Assembly (NCBI GenBank): GCA_037142615.1
Contig: JBAXAI010000039.1
Coordinates: 1-32,150 of the forward strand
Source: Spirochaetales bacterium
Lineage (GTDB): Bacteria > Spirochaetota > Spirochaetia > JABEVK01
Length of the DNA: 32,150 bases
Direction of reading: 5' to 3'
Part shown: in pieces, positions 15,295 through 25,512 of the stretch
How positions within the stretch are numbered: the first letter of the stretch is position 1
Layout of the letters: each line of letters begins with the position of its first letter
Notes under the pieces: generated by a model
What the model was told of the DNA's origin: nothing
Seen by the model: the letters and a program-made list of their open reading frames with translations, nothing else
Database searches by the model: none
Position numbers and translations under genes: made by a program

Positions 15295-16794
15295 CTAGGC
15301 CTCGAAGCGCAAAACGTTCCAGCTGAGCGGCCCCAGTCCTACCGAGAGTGCGCCAGCGCTCTGGCCCGAAACGGCCTTTTCCACGGGCGCCACGTTGTCG
15401 GGGTGCTTTTCGTCGTTGACGGCTTTGATGTCCGCGTTGTGAAGCACCGAGTGTCCCTTCAACTTCAGGTGCTCCAGCCCTGCGAAGCTCCCGGTCAGTT
15501 CAATCGTTTCGGTGCTGCTGCGGTTCACGACAAACACCGTGACCGTCTTGCCATCCTGAGACTGCACCGCCGAGGCGTCAAGCCACGGCACGTCGCCGTA
15601 AGTCGCGTTGGCATAGTGTCCGACGTCCAGCTTGATGTTCAACGAAGTTCCGCGACCGTACTTGGAAGCATGGTACAAGGGCCAAAAGATCGTCTGCTTC
15701 CAGGCGGGTCCTCCGTTGCGGGTCATAATGGGCGCGATCACGTTGACCAACTGGGCCATACAGGCGATTTTGACCCGGTCGGCGTGTCGGAGCAGGGTGT
15801 TGATCAGCGTTCCCACGACAAGCGCATCCTCAAAGGTGTACACGTCTTCGAGTTGAGCGGGCCCAACGGTCCACGGGGCGAGTTTCTTGTCGGCATCGTT
15901 GGAATGAAACCAGACGTTCCACTCGTCGAAGCTCAGGTGGATTTGCTTCTTGCCGCGTTTCTTGGCCTGCACGAAGTCACAGGTTGCCACCACATCGTTG
16001 ATAAAGTCGTCCATGCCGAGGGAGTTGGCCAGGAAGGTCGGCAGGTCGTTGGCACGGTTGGCGTAGTACTCGTGAACCGAAATGTAGTCGACTTTGTCGT
16101 AGCAGTGCTCGAGCACGGTGGCTTCCCACTGCGGAAACAACGGCATCTTGCGGTTGGAGCTTCCCACGGCGACCAACTCCAGCGTGGGGTCGAACAGTTT
16201 GATGGCCTTTGCCGTCTCAAAGGCAAGTCGGCCGTATTCATCCGGAGTCTTTTGACCCACCTGCCACGGACCGTCGAGCTCGTTGCCCAGACACCAGAGT
16301 TTGATGTTGTGTGGGTCCTTGACCCCATGACTCTTGCGCAGATCAGACCAATAGGATCCGCCGGGGTGGTTGCAGTATTCCACCAGCGCGCTGGCAGCCT
16401 CGATGCCCCGGGTGCCGAGGTTGAGGGCCATCATGGCCTCGGTGTTGGCGGCTTTCGCCCAAGCCATGAACTCGTTGAGGCCAAACAAATTAGGCTCGAC
16501 TGCCTTCCACGCCAAGTCAAGCCTTCGCGGACGTTGTGCCACGGGCCCGACCGAATCTTCCCAGTTGAACGAGCTGACGAAGTTGCCCCCAGGGTAACGA
16601 ACCACCGGCACATCGAGTTCACGCACCAGGTTCAGCACATCTTTGCGCAAGCCATCCTTGTCGGCCCCAGGGTGGCCCGGCTCGAAGATGCCGCCATACA
16701 CGGCACGCCCGAGATGCTCGATGAAAGAACCGAAGATCCTCTTGTCGACTTCTCCAACCGTGAACTCTTTGTCGAGGTGAAGTTTAGCTTGCAT
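15295..16794 (-). CDS. abfA: GH51 alpha-L-arabinofuranosidase (AbfA-like)
   Basis: GGAG RBS before ATG16794. Motifs GSFIEHLGRAVYGG, RYPGGNF, WCLGNE (acid/base), SFDEWNVW (nucleophile), AQLVNVIAPI. Confidence 0.95.
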   Translation of the reverse strand: MQAKLHLDKEFTVGEVDKRIFGSFIEHLGRAVYGGIFEPGHPGADKDGLRKDVLNLVRELDVPVVRYPGGNFVSSFNWEDSVGPVAQRPRRLDLAWKAVEPNLFGLNEFMAWAKAANTEAMMALNLGTRGIEAASALVEYCNHPGGSYWSDLRKSHGVKDPHNIKLWCLGNELDGPWQVGQKTPDEYGRLAFETAKAIKLFDPTLELVAVGSSNRKMPLFPQWEATVLEHCYDKVDYISVHEYYANRANDLPTFLANSLGMDDFINDVVATCDFVQAKKRGKKQIHLSFDEWNVWFHSNDADKKLAPWTVGPAQLEDVYTFEDALVVGTLINTLLRHADRVKIACMAQLVNVIAPIMTRNGGPAWKQTIFWPLYHASKYGRGTSLNIKLDVGHYANATYGDVPWLDASAVQSQDGKTVTVFVVNRSSTETIELTGSFAGLEHLKLKGHSVLHNADIKAVNDEKHPDNVAPVEKAVSGQSAGALSVGLGPLSWNVLRFEA

Positions 16795-17773
16795 TGTTTT
16801 CTCCATATAGATGACAGCGGACTTTCCAGTTCCCTTCGATCGTTTCGGGGGGCTGGACTTTGCGGCAGATGTCCATGGCTCGGGGGCACCGGGCCGCGAA
16901 CTTGCAACCCACGGCAAGGTACTCTTCGTCGCCGGTAGAAATCTCCCCATCGGCGAGCGATGTAGCCCCGGGCCGGGGATCGAGAGTCGACTCGACCAGC
17001 AGCTTGGTGTAGGGGTGCTTGGGCCTGGTGAGAATCGCCTCGGTATCGCCCTGCTCCACAAAGTAGCCCTTGTGGATGATGGCGATGCGGTCGGAAATGT
17101 AGTAGGCGGTCGCCAGATCGTGAGTGATGTAGATGATCGAGGTGCCCAGAGTGTTCTTCAGGTCCTGAAACAGGTTGACGATGCTCATGCGCAGCGACGC
17201 GTCTACCATCGACACGGGCTCGTCGGCCACCAGGATCTTGGGGTTGGGGATGATAGCCCTCGCCACCGAAGCCCGCTGCAACTGGCCACCGGACAGCTCA
17301 TGCGGGTAGCGCTCGCCTACCTCGGCGAGCGACAATCCCACGGCTTGGAGGGCCATCTCGACGGTTTCTTTGACCTGCGATTGTTTGCGGCCCGAGTAGA
17401 AGTTCTTCGCCGTGGCAAACAGAAACTCATCCACCCGGTTGAGCGGGTTGAACGTCTCAAAAGGGTTTTGAAAAATCGGCTGGACGCGGCGCATGTAGTC
17501 AAGTTCCTGCTTGCGGCCCTTCATGGTGTGGACATCCTTACCTTCCAGGGCAATTGTCCCCGAGTCGGGGAGCAACAGGCGCAGGATCAGCCTCGACAGG
17601 GTCGATTTGCCTGATCCAGACTCGCCAATAATGGAAAGAATGTCGGGCTTGTCGGCAAACAAGGTGAAACTCACCTCGTTGACGGCGATGATTTCCTTGT
17701 TGGACAGCAAACCCCCGAGCCGGAAGGACTTCTTGGCGTTCTTGACGGTAAGCAGTTCGATCGTTTCGCTCAC
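16784..17773 (-). CDS. ABC transporter ATP-binding protein, DppF/OppF-like
   Basis: GTG start with GGAGG. GESGSGKS, LSGGQ, ADEP, HPYT and a C-terminal Cys cluster. Confidence 0.93.
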   Translation of the reverse strand: MSETIELLTVKNAKKSFRLGGLLSNKEIIAVNEVSFTLFADKPDILSIIGESGSGKSTLSRLILRLLLPDSGTIALEGKDVHTMKGRKQELDYMRRVQPIFQNPFETFNPLNRVDEFLFATAKNFYSGRKQSQVKETVEMALQAVGLSLAEVGERYPHELSGGQLQRASVARAIIPNPKILVADEPVSMVDASLRMSIVNLFQDLKNTLGTSIIYITHDLATAYYISDRIAIIHKGYFVEQGDTEAILTRPKHPYTKLLVESTLDPRPGATSLADGEISTGDEEYLAVGCKFAARCPRAMDICRKVQPPETIEGNWKVRCHLYGENNAS

Positions 17774-17790
17774 AAAATTCCTCCGTTGAC

Positions 17791-18774
17791 CTATTCGGCC
17801 AGGAAACAGGCGGCCATGGTACCGCTTTTCTTAGGTTCCAGCCGTGGAACCTCGACCCGGCAACGGTCGACGGCCAAGGGGCAACGTGGATGGAAACGGC
17901 AACCCGGGGGCGGGTCGGCCAGGTTCGGAGGCGCCCCCTTGAGGTAACCCTTCTTTTCTTTGTCGCCCAGGCGGGGGAGAGAACGAATCAGGTGCTGGGT
18001 GTAGGGGTGGGTCGACCGGTCGAAAATGTCGGTTGTCTTCCCTTCCTCGACGATGGTTCCCGCATACATGATGGCAATCCGGTCGCAGACGTTGGCGTGC
18101 ACGGCCAGGTCGTGCGTCACCAGAATGATGGTGTTGGCCAGCTCCTTCTGAATGCGCTTGATCAGCCCCAAGGTTTCGCGCTGCACCACCACATCAAGGG
18201 CCGTGGTCGGCTCGTCGGCAATGATGATCTGGGGTGAACACAGCGTCGCCAGGCCGATGGTCACCCGCTGCCTCATCCCTCCCGAAAGCTCGTGCGGATA
18301 CGAATCGAGGACCTCTTTGCCAAGACGGAGATTTCCCAGGTGCTCGATCACCCGCTGCTTGAACTGCGCCGGAGTCAGGTCCTGCATGTGGGGATAAGCA
18401 AAATCCTCAAAGCTCTTGAAGACCTTCCTCACCGGATTGAGAACGTTCATCGAGCCCTGCATGATGTAGCTGATGTTGCGCCAGCGGATCTTGTACAGTT
18501 CGTCTTCGGTAGACTCGAAAAGTGACATCGGCTCGGACAAACCAAGAAACTCTACCGAGCCGGCCTGAACCTGCAACGGGGGTTTGCAAAAGCCAGCAAT
18601 GAGCTTGAGCAGCGTGGTCTTGCCGCAGCCAGACTCGCCGGCGATGCCGAAGAACTCGTTCTTGCGGATGGCCAAGTCCACCCCATCGACAACTTTGACC
18701 TCGCGGTCGATGCCGTACAGGTGGGTAATGTAGGAAGCCCGCAGGCCTTTTGTCTGCAGAATCAGGTCGCTCAT
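17791..18774 (-). CDS. ABC transporter ATP-binding protein, DppD/OppD-like
   Basis: ATG18774 overlaps the permease stop (ATGA). GESGCGKT, LSGGMRQR, ADEPTTALD, HPYT, GCRFHPRC. Confidence 0.93.
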   Translation of the reverse strand: MSDLILQTKGLRASYITHLYGIDREVKVVDGVDLAIRKNEFFGIAGESGCGKTTLLKLIAGFCKPPLQVQAGSVEFLGLSEPMSLFESTEDELYKIRWRNISYIMQGSMNVLNPVRKVFKSFEDFAYPHMQDLTPAQFKQRVIEHLGNLRLGKEVLDSYPHELSGGMRQRVTIGLATLCSPQIIIADEPTTALDVVVQRETLGLIKRIQKELANTIILVTHDLAVHANVCDRIAIMYAGTIVEEGKTTDIFDRSTHPYTQHLIRSLPRLGDKEKKGYLKGAPPNLADPPPGCRFHPRCPLAVDRCRVEVPRLEPKKSGTMAACFLAE

Positions 18775-19634
18775 GCTGCACCCCCCTTCATGCGAAGCCG
18801 GGTCCGCGGGTCGATGAACTCGTTGATGCTCACCGAGAGCAGGTAGAAACCTGTAAACACAAAGACCGTCACAAGTACCGGTGCAGCAACCCACCACCAG
18901 GAGCCGGAAATCATGGACTGGTGCTGGTTGGCCCAGTAGATCACCACGCCGATGGTCGGGTTGTTGAGGTTGGTGAGGCCAAGAATCGACAAGGTGACTT
19001 CCATTCCGATCGACCACAGCAGGTTGTTGATCGTGGTGGAAAACAGCACCGGCAGAACGTAAGGCATGTGCTCATGGAAGATGATCTTCCGCGTCCGCAT
19101 CCCGCAGAACACGGCGGTTTCCGAGAAGACCCGCTGCTTGAGGCTCAGCACCTGCGAACGGATCAGACGCGCATCCCAAGCCCAACCCAGCAGGGCCATC
19201 ATCAGCGCCATGTAGAACCAGTTCATCTGGTCGCGCAGCAGGAAGTTCAGCAGCAACAGAATGGGGAGCACAGGCATGATGACGAAGCTGTCGTTGATCG
19301 ACATCAGGAACTTGTCGAACCAGCCCCCCTTGTAGCCGGAATACATGCCAACAAGGATGGCCAGAATCCGGCTCAGGAACGCGGTGATGAGGCCAAAACC
19401 CAGCGAGTTGCGCAGGGCGAAGGTCATTTGCCAGAACAGGTCTTGCCCACGGCTGGTGGTTCCAAAAAGGTAGTCAAACGAGGGCGGAAGATCGGTGGGA
19501 ACCTTGTACGAGGCCATCGGTTTGTACGGCGAGAAGAACGAAAGGATGACCATGACCAGGGCAAAAACCAAAGCCACGATGCCGAAACGGAAGTACCCGG
19601 AGGTCTTCCACAGGCCTTTGAAGGCGTTAATCAT
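18771..19634 (-). CDS. ABC transporter permease, DppC/OppC-like
   Basis: GAGG RBS before ATG19634. FGTTSRGQDLF, ARLIRSQVLSLK, EAA-like loop, WWW. Confidence 0.92.
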   Translation of the reverse strand: MINAFKGLWKTSGYFRFGIVALVFALVMVILSFFSPYKPMASYKVPTDLPPSFDYLFGTTSRGQDLFWQMTFALRNSLGFGLITAFLSRILAILVGMYSGYKGGWFDKFLMSINDSFVIMPVLPILLLLNFLLRDQMNWFYMALMMALLGWAWDARLIRSQVLSLKQRVFSETAVFCGMRTRKIIFHEHMPYVLPVLFSTTINNLLWSIGMEVTLSILGLTNLNNPTIGVVIYWANQHQSMISGSWWWVAAPVLVTVFVFTGFYLLSVSINEFIDPRTRLRMKGGAA

Positions 19635-19644
19635 GCTAAATACC

Positions 19645-20676
19645 TCAATTGAGCCGGACGCGTGGGTCGAAGATGGGATACAGCAGGTCAACGATCAGGA
19701 CCGCTACGGAAACCCCCACGATGGAGAAGATCGAAACCCCCATGATGAGGCTGTAGTCAAAGCCGACGATAGCCCGGTAGGCTAATTGCCCCATGCCGGG
19801 AATGCCGAACACGTATTCGGTGATGAGCGCCCCCGAGAAGATTCCGCCCAGGCTCATGCCCAAGCCGGTGATTTGAGGAAGCATGGCATTGCGCATCACA
19901 TACTGGTAGAGAATTGTTTTCTTTTTGACACCGGCGACTTCGGCATACTGCACGTAGTCCTCAGAGATGATATTGGAAACCAGGGCCCGCATGCCCAGCA
20001 ACCAGCCGCCCAGGCCCGTAAGAACCAACGAAAGGGCAGGTAAGAAAGTGTGGTGGAGCACACTGAGAAGGAAGGCGGGATTCATCCAATTCTCGTCCAT
20101 GCCCCGGTCATAGGCACCCAAAGTTGGAAAAAGCGGGAACACGAAACAGAAGACAATCAAGAGAATGAACGCGAAAATGTAGTAAGGAATCGGCCGTATG
20201 CTGTTGGCCAACAGTTCGGCCCACCTGGTCCAGCGACGGTTGGAGTAGTAGCCCGCGAGCCCCCCCAAGAGATTGCCAAAAATCCAGGAGATGACGCTCG
20301 TTGAGAGCAGCAAACCGATCGTCCAGGGCATCGACTTCATGATGATGTCGGTGGCCGGGTACGGAAAGCTGAAAATCGAGGGGCCCAAATCGCCACGGGC
20401 GAGTCGACCCCAGAAATTAACGTATTGTTCCAGCAAAGTTCCCTTGAGGCCGTAGATGTCATTCATCGCCTCGCGGAATTGCCTGATCGCTTCGGGGTGA
20501 ATGTTGGCTCCCGATACCATCATCTGCTGGATCTTCAACTCGACCGGATTTGTCGGAGCCAGCCGGGGAATAATAAAAGTGATCGTGATTCCAATGATGA
20601 TGACCATGATCGTCTGGCCTATCCGGCCTAGCAGGTACTTGCCGAAGTTCTTGTTGAAAAGATGCTTAAAGGTCAT
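19645..20676 (-). CDS. ABC transporter permease, DppB/OppB-like
   Basis: GDLGPS, EDYVQYAEVAG, RNAMLP, GALITEYVFGIPGMG, DLLYPIFDPRVR. Confidence 0.93.
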   Translation of the reverse strand: MTFKHLFNKNFGKYLLGRIGQTIMVIIIGITITFIIPRLAPTNPVELKIQQMMVSGANIHPEAIRQFREAMNDIYGLKGTLLEQYVNFWGRLARGDLGPSIFSFPYPATDIIMKSMPWTIGLLLSTSVISWIFGNLLGGLAGYYSNRRWTRWAELLANSIRPIPYYIFAFILLIVFCFVFPLFPTLGAYDRGMDENWMNPAFLLSVLHHTFLPALSLVLTGLGGWLLGMRALVSNIISEDYVQYAEVAGVKKKTILYQYVMRNAMLPQITGLGMSLGGIFSGALITEYVFGIPGMGQLAYRAIVGFDYSLIMGVSIFSIVGVSVAVLIVDLLYPIFDPRVRLN

Positions 20677-20712
20677 GGGTACCCCCGCTGGCTTTGTCAG
20701 GAATCATGGAAA

Positions 20713-20744
20713 GGGAGTTCTCCGCCCGAAGGCGGAGAACTCCC
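20713..20744 (-). terminator. Perfect 14-bp stem-loop between the SBP and permease genes (partial terminator or mRNA stabiliser)
   Basis: On the transcribed strand GGGAGTTCTCCGCC-TTCG-GGCGGAGAACTCCC followed by only TTT; C(UUCG)G tetraloop. Confidence 0.8.
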
Positions 20745-20768
20745 GAAGTTGCTTAGGAGCGCAGACCC

Positions 20769-22715
20769 CTATTTCTTCGGGGGCAGCATCTGCTTCAGCT
20801 GGGTGAAGATGTAGCGGCTGTTCGCCCAGTTGGTAACTGGGTTGGCATAAGGCTTGTCGAAGTTCGGGTAGCCGGACCAGTAGGTATTGTCCTGGCTCGA
20901 CATCACGTTGTACGACATCAGCGGAATGGTGGGCATGTCCTTGGCGGTCAGCTTCAGGAACTCCAGGCCGAGCGCGGCGCTCTTGGCCGTGTCGTTGAAG
21001 TCAGAAAGATTGACCTTGTCGAGGATCTTGTCGAGCTCGGCGCTCTTGTAGCGCACCTGATTGCGTCCGTTATGCACTTCCCCGATAGGAGTGTAGAAGC
21101 GGGAGTGCATCGAGTCGGCGAAGAAGCTGATGTCAGGATTGCCACCCCACGATTCAATGTTCCAGCCCATGTTGACGTCGAAGTCACCTAGGTTGTAGCG
21201 GGTACCGTTGTCTTGAGCCCACAGAGCGGTAGTTTCAATACCGAAGTCGGTCCAGAGCTCGGCGACCATGGTGCCCAGGCGCTGCAGCGTCGGGTTGCCG
21301 GTTCCCCAGTTGAACAGGGTGATCTTGAACTGCTCACCGTTGGCCTTGTACCACTGGTCGCCCTTCTTGGTCATGCCAGCCTTGATCAGCAGGTCAGAAG
21401 CGGCCTTGGGGTCGTACTTCCACCAGCCCTGGCCCAACATGGCTGCCAAGCGGGTCGGATCCTTGGGAACAGCGTCGCCAAACGTGGGCCGCACCATGTC
21501 GCCGATTTTGGTGGCGACGGTGGTGTCGTAAGGCTTGTAGGCCTTGTTGGTTCCGGTGTCGAGGGTCATGTCCTTGAGGAAGCCTTGCATCGGGTCGAAG
21601 TAGTACTTCTTCGAGGTTCCGGTCGGGGGGTATTGCAGAGGCGAAAGCGTAACTGCACCCTTGTAGCTCGCCAAGGCGACCTTGGTGATATCCAGAGAAA
21701 GCGCGAGCGCCCAGCGGACATCCTTGTTATCGAAGGGAGCCTTGGCATTGTTGGGCAAAATGGCCACGAGGGTCGGGTCCGGATGACCAAAGGGGAAGCC
21801 CTGGAACCAGTTCGTTTCCCACTTGTTCTTGGCCAACGAGATAATTCCCTCAGGCGTGACTTCGTGAATCATATCGAGGTCGTGGTTGGTCTGGGCAATG
21901 ACTTTCTTGTCGTTGGGCAGATCAAGCTGGTACATGACAAAGGGAGGCACTGGCTTGCCGAAATCAGCGATCGAGGTGCGGGCCCAGTCAGCGCGGCGTT
22001 CCCACATGAACCAACCGCCATGCTTGTCGTAGTCCTTGAGGGTGTAGGGCCCAAGCGACAGAGGGGGATTGAAGTTGTAGGTCATCAGGTCGGTGGCAAC
22101 CTTCAGGTCCTTCTCAAAACGGTGCTTGGGCATGATCCAGCAGGCGTTCCAGCGAACGGTGAAGTTGCGGTGGAAACGGCTGTTGGGAGCGTTCAGATTG
22201 AACACGATGGTGTATTTGTCGGGAGTCGTCATGCTCTTGACGTCTGTCTTGAATTGGGGACCAAACAAGGCTGTGGGGTTTTGAGCCAGGGTCTCAACGG
22301 TGTACTTGACGTCGGCAGAAGTGAACTCGACGTTGTCGCTCCAGTAGATTCCCTTCTTGAGCTTCACGGTCATGACGGTGAAGTCCTTGTTGTACGCCGG
22401 GCGGTCGGCCGCAAGGCTGTTGTGCCAGGTGTTGTCCTTCTCGCCGGGATGGGCCAGACCCGAGTCCGGGTCAATCAGCCACAGGGTATCCATAGCGAGC
22501 TGCTGCAAGCCATGCGACCAGCCACCATTTCCACCGGCCCACACGGTCCAGATGTTAAAGCTGTCGGGGTTGGTGATTGCGCCCGTCGGATCTTCTACGA
22601 TGATGGTGTCACCTCGTTTGACACCGGGGATGACTTCCTTGTTCGGATCAATGTCCGCGTACACCACACTGGTGGCGAACAAAGCTGAAACGACAAGCCA
22701 AAATAATCTCTTCAT
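20769..22715 (-). CDS. ABC solute-binding protein, family 5 (Dpp/Opp type), probably oligosaccharide-binding
   Basis: AAGGAGGAG RBS before ATG22715. Signal peptide MKRLFWLVVSALFATSVVYA|D, no lipobox. LKKGIYWSD..FTSADVKYT, GPYTL, PFDNKDVRWAL. Trp-rich and cotranscribed with a GH51. Confidence 0.9.
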   Translation of the reverse strand: MKRLFWLVVSALFATSVVYADIDPNKEVIPGVKRGDTIIVEDPTGAITNPDSFNIWTVWAGGNGGWSHGLQQLAMDTLWLIDPDSGLAHPGEKDNTWHNSLAADRPAYNKDFTVMTVKLKKGIYWSDNVEFTSADVKYTVETLAQNPTALFGPQFKTDVKSMTTPDKYTIVFNLNAPNSRFHRNFTVRWNACWIMPKHRFEKDLKVATDLMTYNFNPPLSLGPYTLKDYDKHGGWFMWERRADWARTSIADFGKPVPPFVMYQLDLPNDKKVIAQTNHDLDMIHEVTPEGIISLAKNKWETNWFQGFPFGHPDPTLVAILPNNAKAPFDNKDVRWALALSLDITKVALASYKGAVTLSPLQYPPTGTSKKYYFDPMQGFLKDMTLDTGTNKAYKPYDTTVATKIGDMVRPTFGDAVPKDPTRLAAMLGQGWWKYDPKAASDLLIKAGMTKKGDQWYKANGEQFKITLFNWGTGNPTLQRLGTMVAELWTDFGIETTALWAQDNGTRYNLGDFDVNMGWNIESWGGNPDISFFADSMHSRFYTPIGEVHNGRNQVRYKSAELDKILDKVNLSDFNDTAKSAALGLEFLKLTAKDMPTIPLMSYNVMSSQDNTYWSGYPNFDKPYANPVTNWANSRYIFTQLKQMLPPKK

Positions 22716-22783
22716 GGCTCCTCCTTTTTGGTCGTCCAGGGTAGCCACAACTGCGCTCCACGCGAGCCCCCTAGAATAAGCTA

Positions 22784-22812
22784 ACCGTAAACCCACCCCA
22801 ACAAACCGTCAA
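22784..22812 (-). promoter_or_regulatory. sigma70 promoter for the ABC-abfA operon
   Basis: Minus strand TTGACG (22812-22807), N17, TACGGT (22789-22784). Confidence 0.6.
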
Positions 22813-22928
22813 CACAAACTTGATATAAATCACATCTACTGATACACATGTCGATTCGACCCATTTGGTCCGGACATTTTCACCTTCAAAACGACAAAAT
22901 CGGCGCCCTGGCGCTAAAAACACGTTCC

Positions 22929-22957
22929 TTGATACATAGCGGTCTCCATGATATCGT
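22929..22957 (+). promoter_or_regulatory. sigma70 promoter for the regulator gene
   Basis: TTGATA (22929-22934), N17, TATCGT (22952-22957), with extended -10 TG at 22949-22950. Confidence 0.6.
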
Positions 22958-22978
22958 TGGGTCAAGGAGCCTTGCACC

Positions 22979-23908
22979 ATGTCCGAGATTCTTGACCGCA
23001 TCCTGATTCTTACCCCCGGCGACGACCTGGAAACGATCAAAGTGCTTTCGTCGGAAGTAAGGCTGCGCATCTTGCAGCAGCTTTCCCAGAAGCCCCACAA
23101 CGTCAACGAACTCGCCGACGCCCTCGGTCTGCCCCAGTCAACCGTCGCCACGAACGTGCTGACTCTCGAAGAGGCGGGGCTGATTGCCACCGAGGCCGTG
23201 AAGGCACGCAAGGGCAGCCAAAAGCTGTGCCGACCCGTTTACAACGAGATTCTTTTGCGGTTTGTCGACTCGTCCAAGGAAGCCGGAGACGGTGCTGTCG
23301 AGGTGGCCATGCCGATTGGCCTGTATACGAACTACGAGGTATTTTCGCCGTGCGGACTCTGCTCGCGCGACAGCGTGGTGGGCTATCTCGATGTGCCCGA
23401 CAGCTTTCTGAGCCCGGACCGCATGAAGGCCGGCTTGCTGTGGTTCGAAAAGGGCTGGGTAGAGTATAAGTTTCCCAACAACAGCCGCTTGAAAGACCGC
23501 CCTGTCAGCCGCCTTGAAATCGTCACAGAGTTGTCGTCCGAGACCCCAGGCACCAACAAAAACTGGCTTTCAGATATCACCCTGTGGATCAACTCGGTCG
23601 AAGTAGGCACTTGGACCAGCCCCGGAGATTTCGGCGACCGACGGGGAAAGTACACCCCCCAATGGTGGAAACTCGAAGGATCTCAGTATGGGCTTCTCAA
23701 GAACTGGAGCGTCAATGATGAAGGAAGCTATGTCGATGGGGTCAAGATCAGCGGTGTCACTCTGGCCGACCTCGACCTTCCCGGCCATCACTCGGTCAAG
23801 GTGAAGATCGGGGTCAAGGAAGAGGCCGAACACCTCGGCGGAATGAATATCTTCGGCCGAGGCTTCGGTAATTATGGTCAGGATATCATCTTACGACTCC
23901 TGTTCTAG
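22979..23908 (+). CDS. ArsR-like HTH transcriptional regulator with a large C-terminal beta domain (COG4189-type)
   Basis: AAGGAG RBS. LSSEVRLRILQQL...NVNELADALGLPQSTV..NV..LEEAGLI, MPIGLY, PCGL, WTSPGDFGDRRG..TPQWW..GSQYG. Divergent from the ABC operon. Confidence 0.85.
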   Translation: MSEILDRILILTPGDDLETIKVLSSEVRLRILQQLSQKPHNVNELADALGLPQSTVATNVLTLEEAGLIATEAVKARKGSQKLCRPVYNEILLRFVDSSKEAGDGAVEVAMPIGLYTNYEVFSPCGLCSRDSVVGYLDVPDSFLSPDRMKAGLLWFEKGWVEYKFPNNSRLKDRPVSRLEIVTELSSETPGTNKNWLSDITLWINSVEVGTWTSPGDFGDRRGKYTPQWWKLEGSQYGLLKNWSVNDEGSYVDGVKISGVTLADLDLPGHHSVKVKIGVKEEAEHLGGMNIFGRGFGNYGQDIILRLLF

Positions 23909-23912
23909 CGAA

Positions 23913-25391
23913 CTAGGCCTCAAAGGTCAGTACAACCACCGAGCGTGGGGGCAGGGTCACTGACAGAACCTTCCCCTCCATCCGGAAGGCCGAAAACGCA
24001 ACGGGCCTGACTTCGTCGCGTGCGGCAAACGTATTGTGGCTGTCCATGCTTGCGCCGGTGAGCACTTCGCCGTGGGCCCGGTTGGCCAAGGTGCCCGACG
24101 GCAACCCCACGGTCAACGTCGCTTCGTTGTCGGGGTCGAGGTGACAAAGGCTGAGCCTGAGGGTTCCGTGATCATCCTGCGAGGCCGAAGCCGAAAACCT
24201 GGGGAGCCCGGGGCTTTCCGGCAGGTCTTCCACTTCCAGATCGACGGCCACGCTCCGGGCACCCTGATGCCCCTGAAACATTCGCAGCACGTGGTAGGTC
24301 GGCGTCAGCAGCATCTTCTCTTTGTCTGTGAGAACCACGGACTGCAGCACATTGACCATTTGCGCCAAATTGGCCATTCGCACCCGGTCGGCGTGCTTAT
24401 GAAAGATGTTGAGCGTGATTCCGGCCACCAGAGCATCGCGAACCGAGTTCTGCTGGTACAAAAAGCCCGGGTTGGTGCCTTGCTCGACTTGATGCCAGGC
24501 GCCCCACTCGTCGACGATGAGTGAAATGCGTTTGTCAGGATCGTACTGGTCCATGATGGCCTTGTGTCTGGTGATCAGCTCGTCCATGCGCTGAGCACTG
24601 GCCAGAAGGCGGAACCAAGAGCCTCGACTGAAGCCGGTGGCCGTTTCTTTGTCGTTCCAGCGGGGCTCCCAGGCGTAGTGATGCAGGGTGAGCCCGTCCA
24701 TGTACTTCGCGGCGTCCTTCATCAGGACCTCAGTCCACCGATAATCATCCACATTGGCTCCGCAGGCGATGCGGAACACTTTGTTGTCGCCGTAGTTGCG
24801 GACAAACGTCTGGAAACGGCGGTATTCGTCTGCGTAGGCCTCAGGACGCATGTTGCCACCGCAACCCCAGCTCTCGTTTCCGACGCCAAAATACCGCACC
24901 TTCCAAGGCTTGTCGCGGCCGTTCGCCCGCCTCAGGCGCGCCATGGGGGAATCACCATCAAAGGTCATGTACTCTACCCACTCGCTCATCTCCTGAACCG
25001 TTCCGGAGCCGACATTCCCGTTGACGTAGGGTTCACAGCCGATCAGCTCGCACAAAGTCAGGAACTCATGGGTGCCAAAGGAATTATCTTCCACTAAACC
25101 GCCCCAGTGGGTGTTGACCATACGTTTGCGTTCGGGCTGCGGGCCAATACCATCCTTCCAGTGATATTCATCGGCAAAACACCCTCCCGGCCACCTCAGG
25201 ACCGGCACCTTGAGCGCCTTGAGTGCGGCCACAACATCGTTGCGCAGGCCCAACGTGTTGGGAATGGGGCTTTCGGTACCAACCCAGAGGCCTTCATAGA
25301 TGCAGCGACCGAGGTGCTCGGCGAAGTGGCCGTAGATTCCCGGATCAATGAGGGGACCGGGGCGTGCTGAAGACAAGATCAATTGGGACAC
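23913..25391 (-). CDS. GH51 alpha-L-arabinofuranosidase (Abf2/Xsa-like subtype)
   Basis: AAGGAG (25403-25398), then GTG25391. [49 protein letters not shown]. No signal peptide. Confidence 0.93.
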   Translation of the reverse strand: MSQLILSSARPGPLIDPGIYGHFAEHLGRCIYEGLWVGTESPIPNTLGLRNDVVAALKALKVPVLRWPGGCFADEYHWKDGIGPQPERKRMVNTHWGGLVEDNSFGTHEFLTLCELIGCEPYVNGNVGSGTVQEMSEWVEYMTFDGDSPMARLRRANGRDKPWKVRYFGVGNESWGCGGNMRPEAYADEYRRFQTFVRNYGDNKVFRIACGANVDDYRWTEVLMKDAAKYMDGLTLHHYAWEPRWNDKETATGFSRGSWFRLLASAQRMDELITRHKAIMDQYDPDKRISLIVDEWGAWHQVEQGTNPGFLYQQNSVRDALVAGITLNIFHKHADRVRMANLAQMVNVLQSVVLTDKEKMLLTPTYHVLRMFQGHQGARSVAVDLEVEDLPESPGLPRFSASASQDDHGTLRLSLCHLDPDNEATLTVGLPSGTLANRAHGEVLTGASMDSHNTFAARDEVRPVAFSAFRMEGKVLSVTLPPRSVVVLTFEA

Positions 25392-25407
25392 TGGACACTC
25401 CTTATAT

Positions 25408-25463
25408 ATATCCATACAATGGATATTCACCAATATTATGGGATCAGTTCTCGGAACTGTCAA
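25408..25463 (-). promoter_or_regulatory. sigma70 promoter plus palindromic operator for the second GH51
   Basis: Minus strand TTGACA (25463-25458), N17, CATAAT (25440-25435). Perfect inverted repeat ATATCCAT-ACA-ATGGATAT at 25408-25426 between the -10 and the RBS. Confidence 0.7.
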
Positions 25464-25512
25464 TCGGTATCCCGACGTTGGTGTTCCACGCGCCTGTGTT
25501 ATGCTTGTTCCC

